Shown: positions 1 through 9,228, counted from the first letter of the stretch. The stretch: DNA of 64,000 nt from Minisyncoccota bacterium (GCA_031291955.1 JARLIA010000005.1:9214-73213); one strand, 5' to 3'. Made by a program: numbers and translations. The notes: generated from the sequence alone by a model not told the origin.

Positions 1-256
1 CGTTTTTGAAGAGCTTCATGTTGGGGATGCTCATTATGGCGTAGCGCATAGCCAAATCCTGATTGGCGGAACTCTCGACGTCCAATTTGGCAATTTTGAT
101 TTTGCCGGACAGCTCAATGGCCAGTTCGTCCAAAATCGGAGCCATCATCTGGCACGGTCCGCACCAAGGTGCCCAAAAATCCACCAAGACCGGGATGTCC
201 GATTTCAAAACTTCTTGCTCGAAATTCTCCCCGGTCAGCTCCATTGCTTTACTCAT
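1..256 (-). CDS. trxA: thioredoxin (C-terminus runs off the window edge)
   Basis: Reverse-strand translation from the ATG at 254-256 gives MSKAMELTGENFEQEVLKSDIPVLVDFWAPWCGPCQMMAPILDELA..., with the canonical WCGPC active site. The ORF continues past position 1. Confidence 0.85.
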   Translation of the reverse strand, partial: MSKAMELTGENFEQEVLKSDIPVLVDFWAPWCGPCQMMAPILDELAIELSGKIKIAKLDVESSANQDLAMRYAIMSIPNMKLFKN

Positions 257-276
257 AGTTTTCGTATAGTTAATTA

Positions 277-534
277 TTAAAACTTAAAAAGGCTTCTTAG
301 ATATTTTTCGTCCACCTTTTTCTTTTCTTTTTGCCGGCAGACGAGCTCATTTCTGAGCACTTCCGCCCCCAAGCCGGCGAGGGCTTCTTTGGCGGCGGCC
401 ACCTGGGTGACGACGTCCCGGCAATTTCGGTTTTCTTCAATCATTTTCCGGATGCCTCTAACTTGTCCCTCGATCCGGGAGATGCGATGGAGCATTTTTT
501 CCAATTCTGCTTTATAGTGCTTTCCTTTTTCCAT
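277..534 (-). CDS. csoR: CsoR/RcnR-family metal-sensing transcriptional repressor
   Basis: 85 aa. HRISRIEGQVRGIRKMIEENRNCRDVVTQVAAAKEAL matches the DUF156/CsoR helix bundle, including the conserved Cys and His. Confidence 0.8.
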   Translation of the reverse strand: MEKGKHYKAELEKMLHRISRIEGQVRGIRKMIEENRNCRDVVTQVAAAKEALAGLGAEVLRNELVCRQKEKKKVDEKYLRSLFKF

Positions 535-550
535 ATTTAAATATTACTAC

Positions 551-567
551 ATACCACTATGGGGTAT
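551..567. promoter_or_regulatory. candidate CsoR operator, pseudo-palindrome ATACC-N6-GGGTAT
   Basis: Sequence ataccactatggggtat lies about 20 nt upstream of the csoR start codon. Known CsoR operators are TACC...GGGTA-like pseudo-palindromes. Confidence 0.35.
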
Positions 568-595
568 ATTACAAAACTGTTCCAAGATTGTCAAA

Positions 596-646
596 CGAAA
601 AACCGGCCTGTTGGCCGGGGGAGGTACGTAATTAATTACGTACCTC
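596..646 (-). terminator. tandem-hairpin intrinsic terminator after the VOC gene
   Basis: A perfect 26-nt palindrome gaggtacgtaattaattacgtacctc (621-646) is followed by hairpin ccggcctgttggccgg (603-618) and a U-run on the minus strand (plus A-run 598-602). It starts directly after the TAA stop at 658. Confidence 0.5.
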
Positions 647-657
647 ATGAAAATAAT

Positions 658-1068
658 TTATTTCGGCTGCCAGTCGGTCGGCTGCATGATGGCAAAGCGA
701 TTGCCTTCCGTGTCGACGGCGCCGGCAAACCACCCCACACCTTTCAGTTCATTCTTTTCTTGGCCGGTTTTCTCGGTGCGTATTTTGCCCCCGTTCATTT
801 TTATCGCTTTTATCGCCTTGTCGATGTCGTCCACCATAATCGTGCAATCGTAGGTGTAGATTTTTTCCTTGGGGTCACGCTTGTATATCCCGCCGTTAAT
901 GCCCGGCGTGCCGTCTTTTCCGGTCATTATCATCCAATATTCCATCATATCCGGATTATCTCCGGACTCGTATTTTTCGATTTTCCAACCGAGGGCACTC
1001 TCGTAAAATTTCTTGGCCCGCTCGACGTCGTCGGCCTGGATCTCGAAATGCATGACGCGATTATTCAT
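658..1068 (-). CDS. VOC/glyoxalase-family protein
   Basis: 136 aa. Starts MHFEIQADDVERAKKFYESALGW, which is the glyoxalase/bleomycin-resistance fold signature. Confidence 0.7.
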   Translation of the reverse strand: MNNRVMHFEIQADDVERAKKFYESALGWKIEKYESGDNPDMMEYWMIMTGKDGTPGINGGIYKRDPKEKIYTYDCTIMVDDIDKAIKAIKMNGGKIRTEKTGQEKNELKGVGWFAGAVDTEGNRFAIMQPTDWQPK

Positions 1069-1206
1069 ATATTTTTTATTAAGGGTTATTTATGAATTTA
1101 CTACAAGCTAAGGGGTGAAATTTTTTCGCGAATAAAAAAACTCCCGTGGATTATCCGGAAGGTTTTTTTGAAAGTAAGTACCAGTAAAAACATTATCCGA
1201 TCGTGT

Positions 1207-1932
1207 TTAGATGAATCGGGTCACGATAAATATGAATAATGTCCCTAAAACAGTGAGGGCGATGAGTCCGCCGGAACTCTTTTGGCTATGGGCTTCCGGC
1301 AGGATGTCGCTGGCGCCGATGTAAAGGAGAAAACCGGCAAAAAAACCGAGGTAGAGAACCAGGAAATGATCGGAGACCGAAAAAAGCAAAGTGGAAGCGG
1401 CGCCAAGGACCGGGGCAAAGGCATCTAATAACAAGAAACTTTTGGCGCGTGAAACGGTGTTGTTATTAGTCAACATGAGCGTGACCGTGTTCATGCCGTC
1501 GGTAAAATCATGGGAGATGACGGCGATAGCCACGATGAGTCCGACCGTCGCGTTGACCTGGAACCCGAGACCGATGCCGACTCCGTCCATAAAGCTGTGC
1601 CCAATAAGCGCCAGAGCTGAGAGCACCCCGACGTCCGGATGTTTGTGTTTGCAGTAGTCGCACTCGTGGGCGTGGTGGATGAGGATGGTCTTTTCCAGAA
1701 TATGAAACAGCAGAAAGCCGACGACCAAAGCAATCATGACTTGGTCGGTGGGGAAGTTGTTGTTTTTGGTGATATTGATGATTTCCGGCAGGATGTCAAA
1801 AGCCACCACACCCAAAAGCACGCCGGCGACAAAGGCCATGATGTGATGCAGTTTGTCTTTGAGTTTGACGGCCGTCGATCCGCCGAGATACGTCGAGACA
1901 AACGTGGCGAGAGAAAGAAGAATTGCTTCCAT
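1207..1932 (-). CDS. zupT: ZIP-family divalent metal (Zn/Fe) transporter
   Basis: 241 aa polytopic membrane protein with the His-rich loop HHAHECDYCKHKH and a ZupT-like C-terminal half (HSFMDGVGIGLGF, ISHDFTDG). Confidence 0.8.
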   Translation of the reverse strand: MEAILLSLATFVSTYLGGSTAVKLKDKLHHIMAFVAGVLLGVVAFDILPEIINITKNNNFPTDQVMIALVVGFLLFHILEKTILIHHAHECDYCKHKHPDVGVLSALALIGHSFMDGVGIGLGFQVNATVGLIVAIAVISHDFTDGMNTVTLMLTNNNTVSRAKSFLLLDAFAPVLGAASTLLFSVSDHFLVLYLGFFAGFLLYIGASDILPEAHSQKSSGGLIALTVLGTLFIFIVTRFI

Positions 1933-2009
1933 GAAATAAGCATAGCGGATTATCCCGGTTGTTTCAAGGTAAAGAAAAACTCGCCGCGAGATTTATCTCT
2001 GGAAGAAAA

Positions 2010-2516
2010 TTATTTATCGGCGGCCGCTTGTTTCAACTCGGCGATGTAGATTTTTTTCATGCTCAGCATAGCACTCATGACACGCCGGGCCTTTTCCGGA
2101 TTGGGGTCGCTCAAGAGCTCCGGCAAAATAGTCGGGGTGACCTGCCAGGAGAGACCGAACTCGTCCTTCAACCAGCCGCAGACCTGAGCTTTTGGGTCGC
2201 CGCCTTCGGATAGTTTTTCCCAATAATAATCCACTTCTTCCTGTGTCTCGCAATTTATGACGAACGAAACCGCTTCCGACAATTTAAACGGCGGGCCACC
2301 GTTTATGGCCGCGAACTTTTGGCCGGCCAACCGGAAAGCGACTGTCATTGCCGATCCCTCCGCCTGTCCGGACGCCTGGGAACTTTCCTTGTTATAATAT
2401 GTAACGTTCTCAATGGCGGCGTCTTCCCCGCGTCCGGCAAAAACGGAAACATAAAAATTGGCCGCCTCTTCGGCCTCGTGGTCGAACCACAAAAAAGGAG
2501 TGATTTTTTGAAACAT
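2010..2516 (-). CDS. VOC-family protein (PhnB-like)
   Basis: 168 aa. The N-terminus ITPFLWFDHEAEEAANFYVSVF is typical of the PhnB/3-demethylubiquinone methyltransferase-like VOC family. Confidence 0.65.
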   Translation of the reverse strand: MFQKITPFLWFDHEAEEAANFYVSVFAGRGEDAAIENVTYYNKESSQASGQAEGSAMTVAFRLAGQKFAAINGGPPFKLSEAVSFVINCETQEEVDYYWEKLSEGGDPKAQVCGWLKDEFGLSWQVTPTILPELLSDPNPEKARRVMSAMLSMKKIYIAELKQAAADK

Positions 2517-2576
2517 ATGTTTTTGTTATGGATTAGCTGCTATTACTACAAAACCAAGCAGGCAAGTATTCGTGCC

Positions 2577-2605
2577 ATTGACAAAACCGCTTTCCCGTGC
2601 TAGAC
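2577..2605 (+). promoter_or_regulatory. sigma70-type promoter for the helicase gene
   Basis: TTGACA - 17 nt - TAGACT. A leader of about 135 nt follows and contains a 9-bp inverted repeat ctcattccg/cggaatgag. Confidence 0.4.
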
Positions 2606-2741
2606 TGGCTTTTTATGTTAATACTTCTCGTTTGACTGACAACTGACATGAGTATCTAAACATAAAAACATTTAATTTTTTATGTTTAGGCTCATTCCGG
2701 GCTGATAAGTTTTTTTTGGATCGGAATGAGTACCGCATACT

Positions 2742-3938
2742 ATGTACAGAAAAACGAACGCGCGGGGCTCGCGCGGAGGCGAAGGCCGAAGAAAAGCCCC
2801 AACGAAAAGCCGTTCCGGCCGGCGAGGATTCTCCGGGGAAAACATCAACATTAATCGCTTCATCCGAAAAGCCGAAGAGACGAAACCAACGGAGGCCTAT
2901 AAACAGCGCTACGCCTTTTCCGATTTTGCTATCGGGGAAGCCTTGAAACGCGTTATCGCCAATCGCGGTTTTTCTGTCCCAACGCCCATCCAAGACCGGG
3001 CTATTCCGGCTATTGTGGCCGGGCACGATGTTATCGGGCTGGCTGACACTGGCACTGGAAAAACGGCCGCCTTTCTCATTCCAATGCTCCACAAGATTCT
3101 CACCGACCCGCAACAGAAAGTGTTGATCGTGGTGCCGACCCGGGAACTGGCTATTCAGATCCAGGAAGAATTCATAGCACTCGCCCGAACACTCCGGATT
3201 TTTTCCGTGGTCGTGGTGGGCGGCGCCAACATTCAAAGACAAATTTCCCAATTGCGCGCTCGCCATAATATGGTGATCGGCACGCCAGGGAGATTGAAAG
3301 ATCTGATCGAGCGGCGCGCGCTCAATCTCTCCGGTTTCAATAACGTCGTTTTGGACGAAGCGGACCGGATGCTGGACATGGGATTCTTGCCGGATGTGCG
3401 TTTGCTTCTTTCGCTCGTATCTCAAAAAAGACAGACCATGCTTTTCTCGGCCACTTTTTCCCAGGAACTTGAAAAATTAGTCAATCAGTTTTTGAAGAGT
3501 CCCGAAAGAATTTCCATCAAGACCGGCGACACTGCCGCTCAGGTGGATCAGGATATTGTCCGCATCGGCGCGGGCGACAAAGTGGAGGTACTTCACGATC
3601 TTTTGAATCAGGCGAATTTTGAAAAAGTTTTGGTTTTCACCCGCACTAAGTGGGGCGCGGACAAGTTGTCCAAAAGCTTGCATGCCCGGGGATTCAAGAC
3701 CGAATCCATCCACGGGGACAAATCGCAAGGGAAGCGTCAGCGGGCTCTCAAAATGTTCAAAGAAAACGCGGTTGAGATCCTGGTGGCGACCGACGTGGCG
3801 GCTCGGGGTCTGGATATCCCGAACGTCAGTCATGTCATCAACTATGACCTTCCGGCGACATATGAAGATTACGTCCACCGCATCGGCAGAACAGGCCGCG
3901 CCGACCAAAAAGGAGTGGCTTTGACTTTTGTGGAATAG
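2742..3938 (+). CDS. DEAD-box ATP-dependent RNA helicase
   Basis: Has the Q motif PTPIQ, Walker A DTGTGKT, VLDEADRMLDMGF, SAT, and HRIGRTGRA. The N-terminal extension is Arg-rich. Confidence 0.9.
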   Translation: MYRKTNARGSRGGEGRRKAPTKSRSGRRGFSGENININRFIRKAEETKPTEAYKQRYAFSDFAIGEALKRVIANRGFSVPTPIQDRAIPAIVAGHDVIGLADTGTGKTAAFLIPMLHKILTDPQQKVLIVVPTRELAIQIQEEFIALARTLRIFSVVVVGGANIQRQISQLRARHNMVIGTPGRLKDLIERRALNLSGFNNVVLDEADRMLDMGFLPDVRLLLSLVSQKRQTMLFSATFSQELEKLVNQFLKSPERISIKTGDTAAQVDQDIVRIGAGDKVEVLHDLLNQANFEKVLVFTRTKWGADKLSKSLHARGFKTESIHGDKSQGKRQRALKMFKENAVEILVATDVAARGLDIPNVSHVINYDLPATYEDYVHRIGRTGRADQKGVALTFVE

Positions 3939-3976
3939 AAAAACTCATGTACGTAATTAGTTACGTAATTAAAAAA

Positions 3977-4010
3977 GAACGGGCGCGAGCCCGTTCTTTT
4001 TTGTTTTTTT
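3977..4010. terminator. bidirectional intrinsic terminator between the helicase and ABC-F genes
   Basis: Hairpin gaacgggcgcgagcccgttc with a T-run on the plus strand and an A-run upstream that gives a U-run on the minus strand. It is preceded by the tacgtaatta-g-ttacgtaatta element at 3949-3972. Confidence 0.7.
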
Positions 4011-5493
4011 ATTTCTCCAGATCCAGCGTTTCATCGATCCGGATCTGCGCTACGAATTCCGGAACGTGGCTGACCAGGATCATGGCGCCTTTGTAAGAAT
4101 CCAAGGCTTGGGCGATGATGGGCAAGTGGCGGAAGTTGATGTGGTTGGTCGGTTCGTCGAGAATCAAAAGTCCCGGCTCTTCGAGCATCAAGCGGGCGAA
4201 AGCCACCAAGCCTTTTTGCCCTTCGGAAAGGGAGTCAATTTTGGCATAGACCGTTTCCTTGGTGAGGAGAAAGCCGGCCGCGACGCTCCGCAAGCGCTCT
4301 TCGTCTGGGCCGCCCATCGCTTCAGTCAGTGTCTCAAAAACGGTTTTTTCAAAATCAAGATTGGAAAAATCCTGGCGGTAATAGCCGACTTTGACGCCGT
4401 CAGAAATTTTCGCGCCGGTTGCCGTGCCGTTGGCCAATGATTCTAAAAGCGTCGTTTTGCCGATGCCGTTCGGACCGGAAAGGAGAAGATGGCGGTTTTT
4501 CGGGAGAGATACGTTGACTTTTTTCTCGACCGGCGCGTGATTTTTCATGACCACAAGCGATAAGATATTAATAATCTCGCCGGATAAATTTTCCTGGCAG
4601 GGGATTTCAAAATGGCGGATAGCCTTGTCTTCTTTCCGCACCGCCACTTTGGCAGCTTCCATCTGCTCGGCTTTCACGCGCATTTTTCGGGCAACGAGGC
4701 GCATCTTGCCGCCTTTGTTGGCGAAGAAGTTGGCCTTTTCTTTGTTGGCCAGGATCTCTTTTTCGTATTGCGCGTTCTTGCGTTCTTCTTTTTCAATTTC
4801 GGCCGCGATCTCTTCAAGGACGGTGAAATAGTCGCCGAGATGCTGGTGGATTTTTTTGGTGAAGATATCGAGATAGAGGACGCCGTCAGTGAAGCAGTTC
4901 AAGAAGTTGGCGTCGTGCGAAATGACGATGCAAGTTTTGTTGGTGCCCATCAAATAGACCATCAAATTTCCGATGCCTTCGGCGTCCAGATTGTTGGTCG
5001 GTTCGTCCAGGATTAAAACATCCGGATCTTGGATAAGGGCGGAAGCGAGAAGCAAGCGCGCTTGTTGGCCGCCGGAATATTTTTCAATCTTTTTCTCGTG
5101 ATCCACCCGGAGGCCCACGATTTCTAGGACAGCGTCAATGCGGCGGTCGAGGTCATAAATCTTGTCTTTGCCGTTGGCGGCTTTAGCGAGCGCGGCGCCA
5201 GTGAAACATTTTTCAAAAAATTGGCGCGTGGTGAGGAACAGGTCTTCGCGGGGAATGACTTGCTTGGCTATCGCGATGACCAGATCTGGATCGACAAAAA
5301 TTGATCCGTCATTGGGTTTTAGATTGCCGGTGATGAGGTCAAGAATAGTGCTTTTCCCGGCGCCGTTCTGGCCCATGATGGTGAACTTGGCTCCGCGCCG
5401 GATGGCAAAAGAAGCCTCATCCAAAATGGGCTTGTCTTTCCGGTATTCAAAAGTGACTTTGTTGAATCTGATCGCGACGTCGCTGCTCGACAT
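4009..5493 (-). CDS. ABC-F family ATPase (tandem ABC domains, no transmembrane domain)
   Basis: Two Walker A motifs (GQNGAGKST and GPNGIGKTT), two ABC signatures (LSGGQQ and LSEGQK), and a linker between the domains. Confidence 0.85.
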   Translation of the reverse strand: MSSSDVAIRFNKVTFEYRKDKPILDEASFAIRRGAKFTIMGQNGAGKSTILDLITGNLKPNDGSIFVDPDLVIAIAKQVIPREDLFLTTRQFFEKCFTGAALAKAANGKDKIYDLDRRIDAVLEIVGLRVDHEKKIEKYSGGQQARLLLASALIQDPDVLILDEPTNNLDAEGIGNLMVYLMGTNKTCIVISHDANFLNCFTDGVLYLDIFTKKIHQHLGDYFTVLEEIAAEIEKEERKNAQYEKEILANKEKANFFANKGGKMRLVARKMRVKAEQMEAAKVAVRKEDKAIRHFEIPCQENLSGEIINILSLVVMKNHAPVEKKVNVSLPKNRHLLLSGPNGIGKTTLLESLANGTATGAKISDGVKVGYYRQDFSNLDFEKTVFETLTEAMGGPDEERLRSVAAGFLLTKETVYAKIDSLSEGQKGLVAFARLMLEEPGLLILDEPTNHINFRHLPIIAQALDSYKGAMILVSHVPEFVAQIRIDETLDLEK

Positions 5494-5615
5494 AATTTTA
5501 TGGCTTTAAGGATAACGGCCCTGAATTTCTATTCTAAAACACTTAGGGTCTGTTTGTAAAGGCAAGAAAAAACCGCCCCGTCAAGCGGAGCGGTTTTCAA
5601 TGTTGAAGCGATGTC

Positions 5616-5819
5616 CTAGATCTTTGACACGTTGACGGCGTTCGGTCCTTTCGGACTTTCGGCCACTTCAAACTGGACTTTGTCGCCTTCTCTTAGTTCT
5701 TCAAAGGTTGCGCCCTGAAGTTCTTTTGAATGAAAGAAGAGATCCTTGTCGCCGCTTTCGCGGGTGATGAATCCGAAACCGCGATCGGAGACCAGTTTCT
5801 TGATTGTTCCTTGTTCCAT
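5616..5819 (-). CDS. cspA: cold-shock protein CspA family
   Basis: 67 aa. GTIKKLVSDRGFGFI...FFHSKEL carries the RNP1 and RNP2 motifs of the cold-shock domain. Confidence 0.9.
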   Translation of the reverse strand: MEQGTIKKLVSDRGFGFITRESGDKDLFFHSKELQGATFEELREGDKVQFEVAESPKGPNAVNVSKI

Positions 5820-5901
5820 TTTGGATATGATAATGATTTATTAGAGGCTTTGCAAAAAAGTTCGACGAGTCTTCCGCTGCAGGCCCACTTGGACTGTGTT
5901 C

Positions 5902-5930
5902 ATTATAGGCTCATTCCGGGTGTTTGTCAA
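5902..5930 (-). promoter_or_regulatory. consensus sigma70 promoter for csp
   Basis: The minus-sense sequence is TTGACA - 17 nt - TATAAT (plus coordinates 5925-5930 and 5902-5907). It is followed by a leader of about 80 nt. Confidence 0.5.
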
Positions 5931-7236
5931 AGTTTTCGGCGGCGCTCTGGCCGGAAGCGTGTCCGGTAGTCCAGGCGATCTGGAGATTGTATCCGCCAGT
6001 CGGACCGTCCAGATCCAAAACTTCTCCGGCCAAAAAAAGATTTTTGACGATTTTGGAGCGCATCGTTTGGGGGTCGACTTCTTTGAGACTCGCTCCGCCG
6101 CGGGTGACCATGGCCTGATTGAAATCCAAGAGCGACGCGACCGTTAAGCGGAGATTCTTCATGAGCCGAATGAGATCCGTTCTCTCGGCTCTGGTTACGG
6201 AATGAATTTTTCTGTCTTTTTCGATCCCGGCCAGTTCCATTATTTTTTCCGCCAGCTTTTGCGGGAAATATTCGCCGAGATAATTTTTCAGATCCTTCTT
6301 TTTGTGCCGGTCGAGATCGGTTTTGAATTTTTTTTCGAGCTCTGAAATATCAAGCGCGGGCAAAAGATCAAGCTCTAAAAAAACTTTATCATCCCCGAGA
6401 TGTTCGCCGATGAATTTGCTGGCATTGATGATGGCTGGACCGGAAATTCCGAAATGGGTGAAAATTATTTCGCCTATCCCGAGATTGATCCGGCGATTAT
6501 TCCGGACAAGATATATCCCGGCGTCGGCGAGACTTATGCCTTGCAAATCTTTAACCCAGGTTTCTTTTGTTCTTACCGGAACCAGGGCTGGAGCAGTGGA
6601 GACGAGAGTGTGTCCGATAGCTGCGAGCCAGGAATATCCGTCGCCGGTCGAACCGGTGGCCGGATATGATTTTCCGCCAGTGGAAAGGATAAAATTGGCG
6701 GCCTGAATTTTCTCTTTTCGTAGAGACGCATTGCAATGGGGAGACGCGATTAGTTGCGTCTCTACGACATTTATATAATCTATTTTTCCGTCTTTCATTT
6801 CCAAACCAATCACATTCCGGCCGAGCATTATTTTCACTTTGTTTCTCTTTAAGGCTTTCTCCAAAACGTCAAGGACATCTCGGGCTTTGTTACTGGCCGG
6901 AAAAACGCGGCCGTCTTTTTCTGTTTTCAGCCGGATACCCAAGTCCTCAAAAAAATCCATCGTTTCATGCGGGCCGAAGGCGGCAAGAGCGGAAAAAAGA
7001 AATCGGCCGTTTTTCCCGAGCTTCCCGATAAAATCGGATTTAGAAAAATTAGCCTGAGTGAGATTGCAGCGGCCATTTCCAGTCAGCAGCAGTTTTTTTC
7101 CCAGCGAATTGTTTTTCTCGATAAGCGCTACTTTCTTTCCGCCTTCACTGGCGCAAATAGCGGCCAGCATGCCTGCCGCTCCGCCGCCGATCACGGCGAT
7201 GTCGAAATGTTCGGTTTTAATCTTAGCGGTCTGCAT
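5911..7236 (-). CDS. FAD-dependent oxidoreductase, HI0933/BaiN-like (aminoacetone-oxidase family)
   Basis: 441 aa. Begins with the dinucleotide-binding motif DIAVIGGGAAGMLAA, then GNGRCNLT, which is typical of the HI0933 family. Confidence 0.85.
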   Translation of the reverse strand: MQTAKIKTEHFDIAVIGGGAAGMLAAICASEGGKKVALIEKNNSLGKKLLLTGNGRCNLTQANFSKSDFIGKLGKNGRFLFSALAAFGPHETMDFFEDLGIRLKTEKDGRVFPASNKARDVLDVLEKALKRNKVKIMLGRNVIGLEMKDGKIDYINVVETQLIASPHCNASLRKEKIQAANFILSTGGKSYPATGSTGDGYSWLAAIGHTLVSTAPALVPVRTKETWVKDLQGISLADAGIYLVRNNRRINLGIGEIIFTHFGISGPAIINASKFIGEHLGDDKVFLELDLLPALDISELEKKFKTDLDRHKKKDLKNYLGEYFPQKLAEKIMELAGIEKDRKIHSVTRAERTDLIRLMKNLRLTVASLLDFNQAMVTRGGASLKEVDPQTMRSKIVKNLFLAGEVLDLDGPTGGYNLQIAWTTGHASGQSAAENFDKHPE

Positions 7237-7363
7237 AGTGAAAATATTAGATCTCTGTCATGTATCTTAGCATACTAATTTAAAAAGCCGCCCGGATAAT
7301 GCCTGGGACGACTTTTCGGCTTGAGGTTCCAAAGTTTTTCTTCCGGTGAGTATTTTTGTGGAG

Positions 7364-7618
7364 CTAATCATCTTTCCGTTTAGGCCATAGTCCCATGGCT
7401 ACATTTGGAAGGAAATCAATAATGTCAACAGTGCCTTCTAAAAGATAATCGCAGGCGCAGTAGGCGCCGATTAAAACAATGCCCACCGGTATGGCGACGC
7501 TGATAATATCCGCCGTTTTTTCTCCAAAAGAAATACCCGTTACATCTTCAATGGCCATTAAACCGCACCTGGTCATTTTAATGCCCGGTTTCAATTTGTA
7601 AAGAACTTTCCTGATCAT
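7364..7618 (-). CDS. hypothetical small membrane protein
   Basis: 84-aa ORF with one hydrophobic segment. No homologue recognised. Confidence 0.3.
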   Translation of the reverse strand: MIRKVLYKLKPGIKMTRCGLMAIEDVTGISFGEKTADIISVAIPVGIVLIGAYCACDYLLEGTVDIIDFLPNVAMGLWPKRKDD

Positions 7619-7725
7619 ATCATCTTCTCCTTGTTACGGGTTTATTCGGATACGATGACATAGCTTCTTTCTTCAACGGTAGCATAGAAAAACAATCATG
7701 CAATTTGGGGAATTACGACCAGATT

Positions 7726-8148
7726 TTATTGTTGTTTCAGGATTGAAGCATGGATTTCCTCGGTCAGCCGGTTGTTGATTTCTATCAGCCGGTGGACCTC
7801 GTCCTGGATGGAGAGCAACGCTTCGGCGTCTTTGTAGGTTTCCAGGGCTTGCTTGTCGGAAGCGGCCGCCGCCACTTTTTGGCCAACCATGATGACGGAG
7901 AGAAGGACCAGTTGGAGAAAAGTTTGAGCGATCCAGGAGACCAAGGCCGCCGTGCCGGCATGGATGGCCGCCGGCAGACTGATAAGAGCCAGGGCTGCAA
8001 AAATATAGGCGCACCACATAGTGCCGACGACGTCTGTTATGAATACAGCCAGTCGTCCATTCAAGCCGACGTGTTCGTTTTTGGTCAGATGCGGGCCGGA
8101 TTTTTTGCGCTCAGCCAGGCGTGGGTGGGGAGTGTGTTTTGGTTCCAT
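7726..8148 (-). CDS. membrane protein, possibly DUF1003 family
   Basis: 140 aa. Two predicted TM helices, a basic N-terminus and a C-terminal coiled-coil-like tail. Confidence 0.45.
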   Translation of the reverse strand: MEPKHTPHPRLAERKKSGPHLTKNEHVGLNGRLAVFITDVVGTMWCAYIFAALALISLPAAIHAGTAALVSWIAQTFLQLVLLSVIMVGQKVAAAASDKQALETYKDAEALLSIQDEVHRLIEINNRLTEEIHASILKQQ

Positions 8149-8269
8149 AATAATATGAAGAGTTAATAATGGTTGGGTATTTTATGGATTAATAATAACA
8201 TAATCCCTAAGTCCAGACTAGAATCTCATCTAAGACGAGACAGGAATTGAAATTAGTGGTTGAAAAATA

Positions 8270-8306
8270 AAAACGGACCAGCTTATTGGCTGGTCCGGAA
8301 GACTTA
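8270..8306 (-). terminator. intrinsic terminator after the response regulator gene
   Basis: Hairpin ggaccagcttattggctggtcc, followed by a U-run in minus sense. Confidence 0.5.
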
Positions 8307-8349
8307 CGGGAAATCGCGCTTTTTTCGCTCGATTTTTTGGACTGTCAGA

Positions 8350-9030
8350 TTACCTTGAGATCAATCCTTTTTCCATGGCGAACGCAGTCAGTGACGAAAC
8401 GCTATGGAGATTGAGCTTTTTCATCAGGTTGCTTCGATGTTTTTCAACGGTTTTGGTAGAGAGGCAAAGGTAACTAGCGATATCCTTATTTTTGTAACCT
8501 TCGACAACCATCTTAAAAATTTCACGCTCACGCTGGGTGAGTGTATCCCAGCTGGTGCTGGAACTGGAACTGAGACTTCTTCTCCCCTCCAGATATCCCT
8601 CAATGACTTTCTCACTGATCGAGGGACTGAGATAGGATTTGCCTTCAAGGATGCGCTGAATTGCTTTTTTTAGTTCCTCTTCGTCGATATCTTTTGTGGC
8701 GTACCCATCCGCTCCGCATTTCAGAGCGGTCAGAATGTGCTCTTCGGTTTTGTGGACCGTTAGCACGAGTATTTTGATGGCTGGTTGCCGCTTCTTTATT
8801 TCTGGAATGGCTCCCGTGCCGTTCATGCGAGGCATAGAAAGATCAAGAAGCATCATGTCTGGCTTCATAATTTCGGCCAACCTGATGGCTTCCAGACCGT
8901 CTCCGGCTTCTCCAACTACTTTCCAGCCATCTTGTCCATTGATGAAGTCGCGCAGAAGTTCCCTTAGAATATTATGATCTTCTACTACAACAAATTTAAC
9001 CTTGTTATTCTCCAGTTGTTTCTCATTCAT
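8350..9030 (-). CDS. response regulator, NarL/FixJ family (REC + LuxR-type HTH)
   Basis: REC domain with the phospho-acceptor context MLLDLSMP, and a C-terminal HTH LTQREREIFKMVVEGYKNKDIASYLCLSTKTVEKHRSNLMKKL. There is no histidine kinase in the window. Confidence 0.9.
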   Translation of the reverse strand: MNEKQLENNKVKFVVVEDHNILRELLRDFINGQDGWKVVGEAGDGLEAIRLAEIMKPDMMLLDLSMPRMNGTGAIPEIKKRQPAIKILVLTVHKTEEHILTALKCGADGYATKDIDEEELKKAIQRILEGKSYLSPSISEKVIEGYLEGRRSLSSSSSTSWDTLTQREREIFKMVVEGYKNKDIASYLCLSTKTVEKHRSNLMKKLNLHSVSSLTAFAMEKGLISR

Positions 9031-9161
9031 ACCCCCACCCCTTTCCTGGTGATTTGACCCACTCTGTTGGCCAAAATGGCAAAAAAATATCCCACACCAA
9101 CCTTGTTTGATTCGCCGTGTTAAAGAGCATGTTCTGTGTATAATAGGATAAACTAAATAAA

Positions 9162-9228
9162 TGTCAAATGTTACAACAAAAAAAGGTTGATTAAGGCCTT
9201 AAAATTAACTTTGCTCCGCGGACTGGAA
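9162..9228. repeat. copy A of a 62-bp imperfect direct repeat (about 80% identical to 23642-23703) that ends in a tRNA-Asn 3'-end-like 12-mer
   Basis: tgtcaaatgttacaacaaaaaaaggttgattaaggccttaaaattaactttgctccgcgga aligns with tgtcaaatataatcaacaaaaaaaggcttattaaagccttaaagttgtgttgctccgcgga. Similarity stops exactly where copy B runs into the tRNA body. Confidence 0.55.

Noticed and set aside
2687-2701. An exact 15-mer taggctcattccggg is shared between the helicase leader and the csp promoter spacer (5906-5920).
   Set aside because: With about 128 kb of two-strand sequence, several exact 15-mer coincidences are expected by chance. The two copies are in opposite orientations relative to their genes, and there is no further support.
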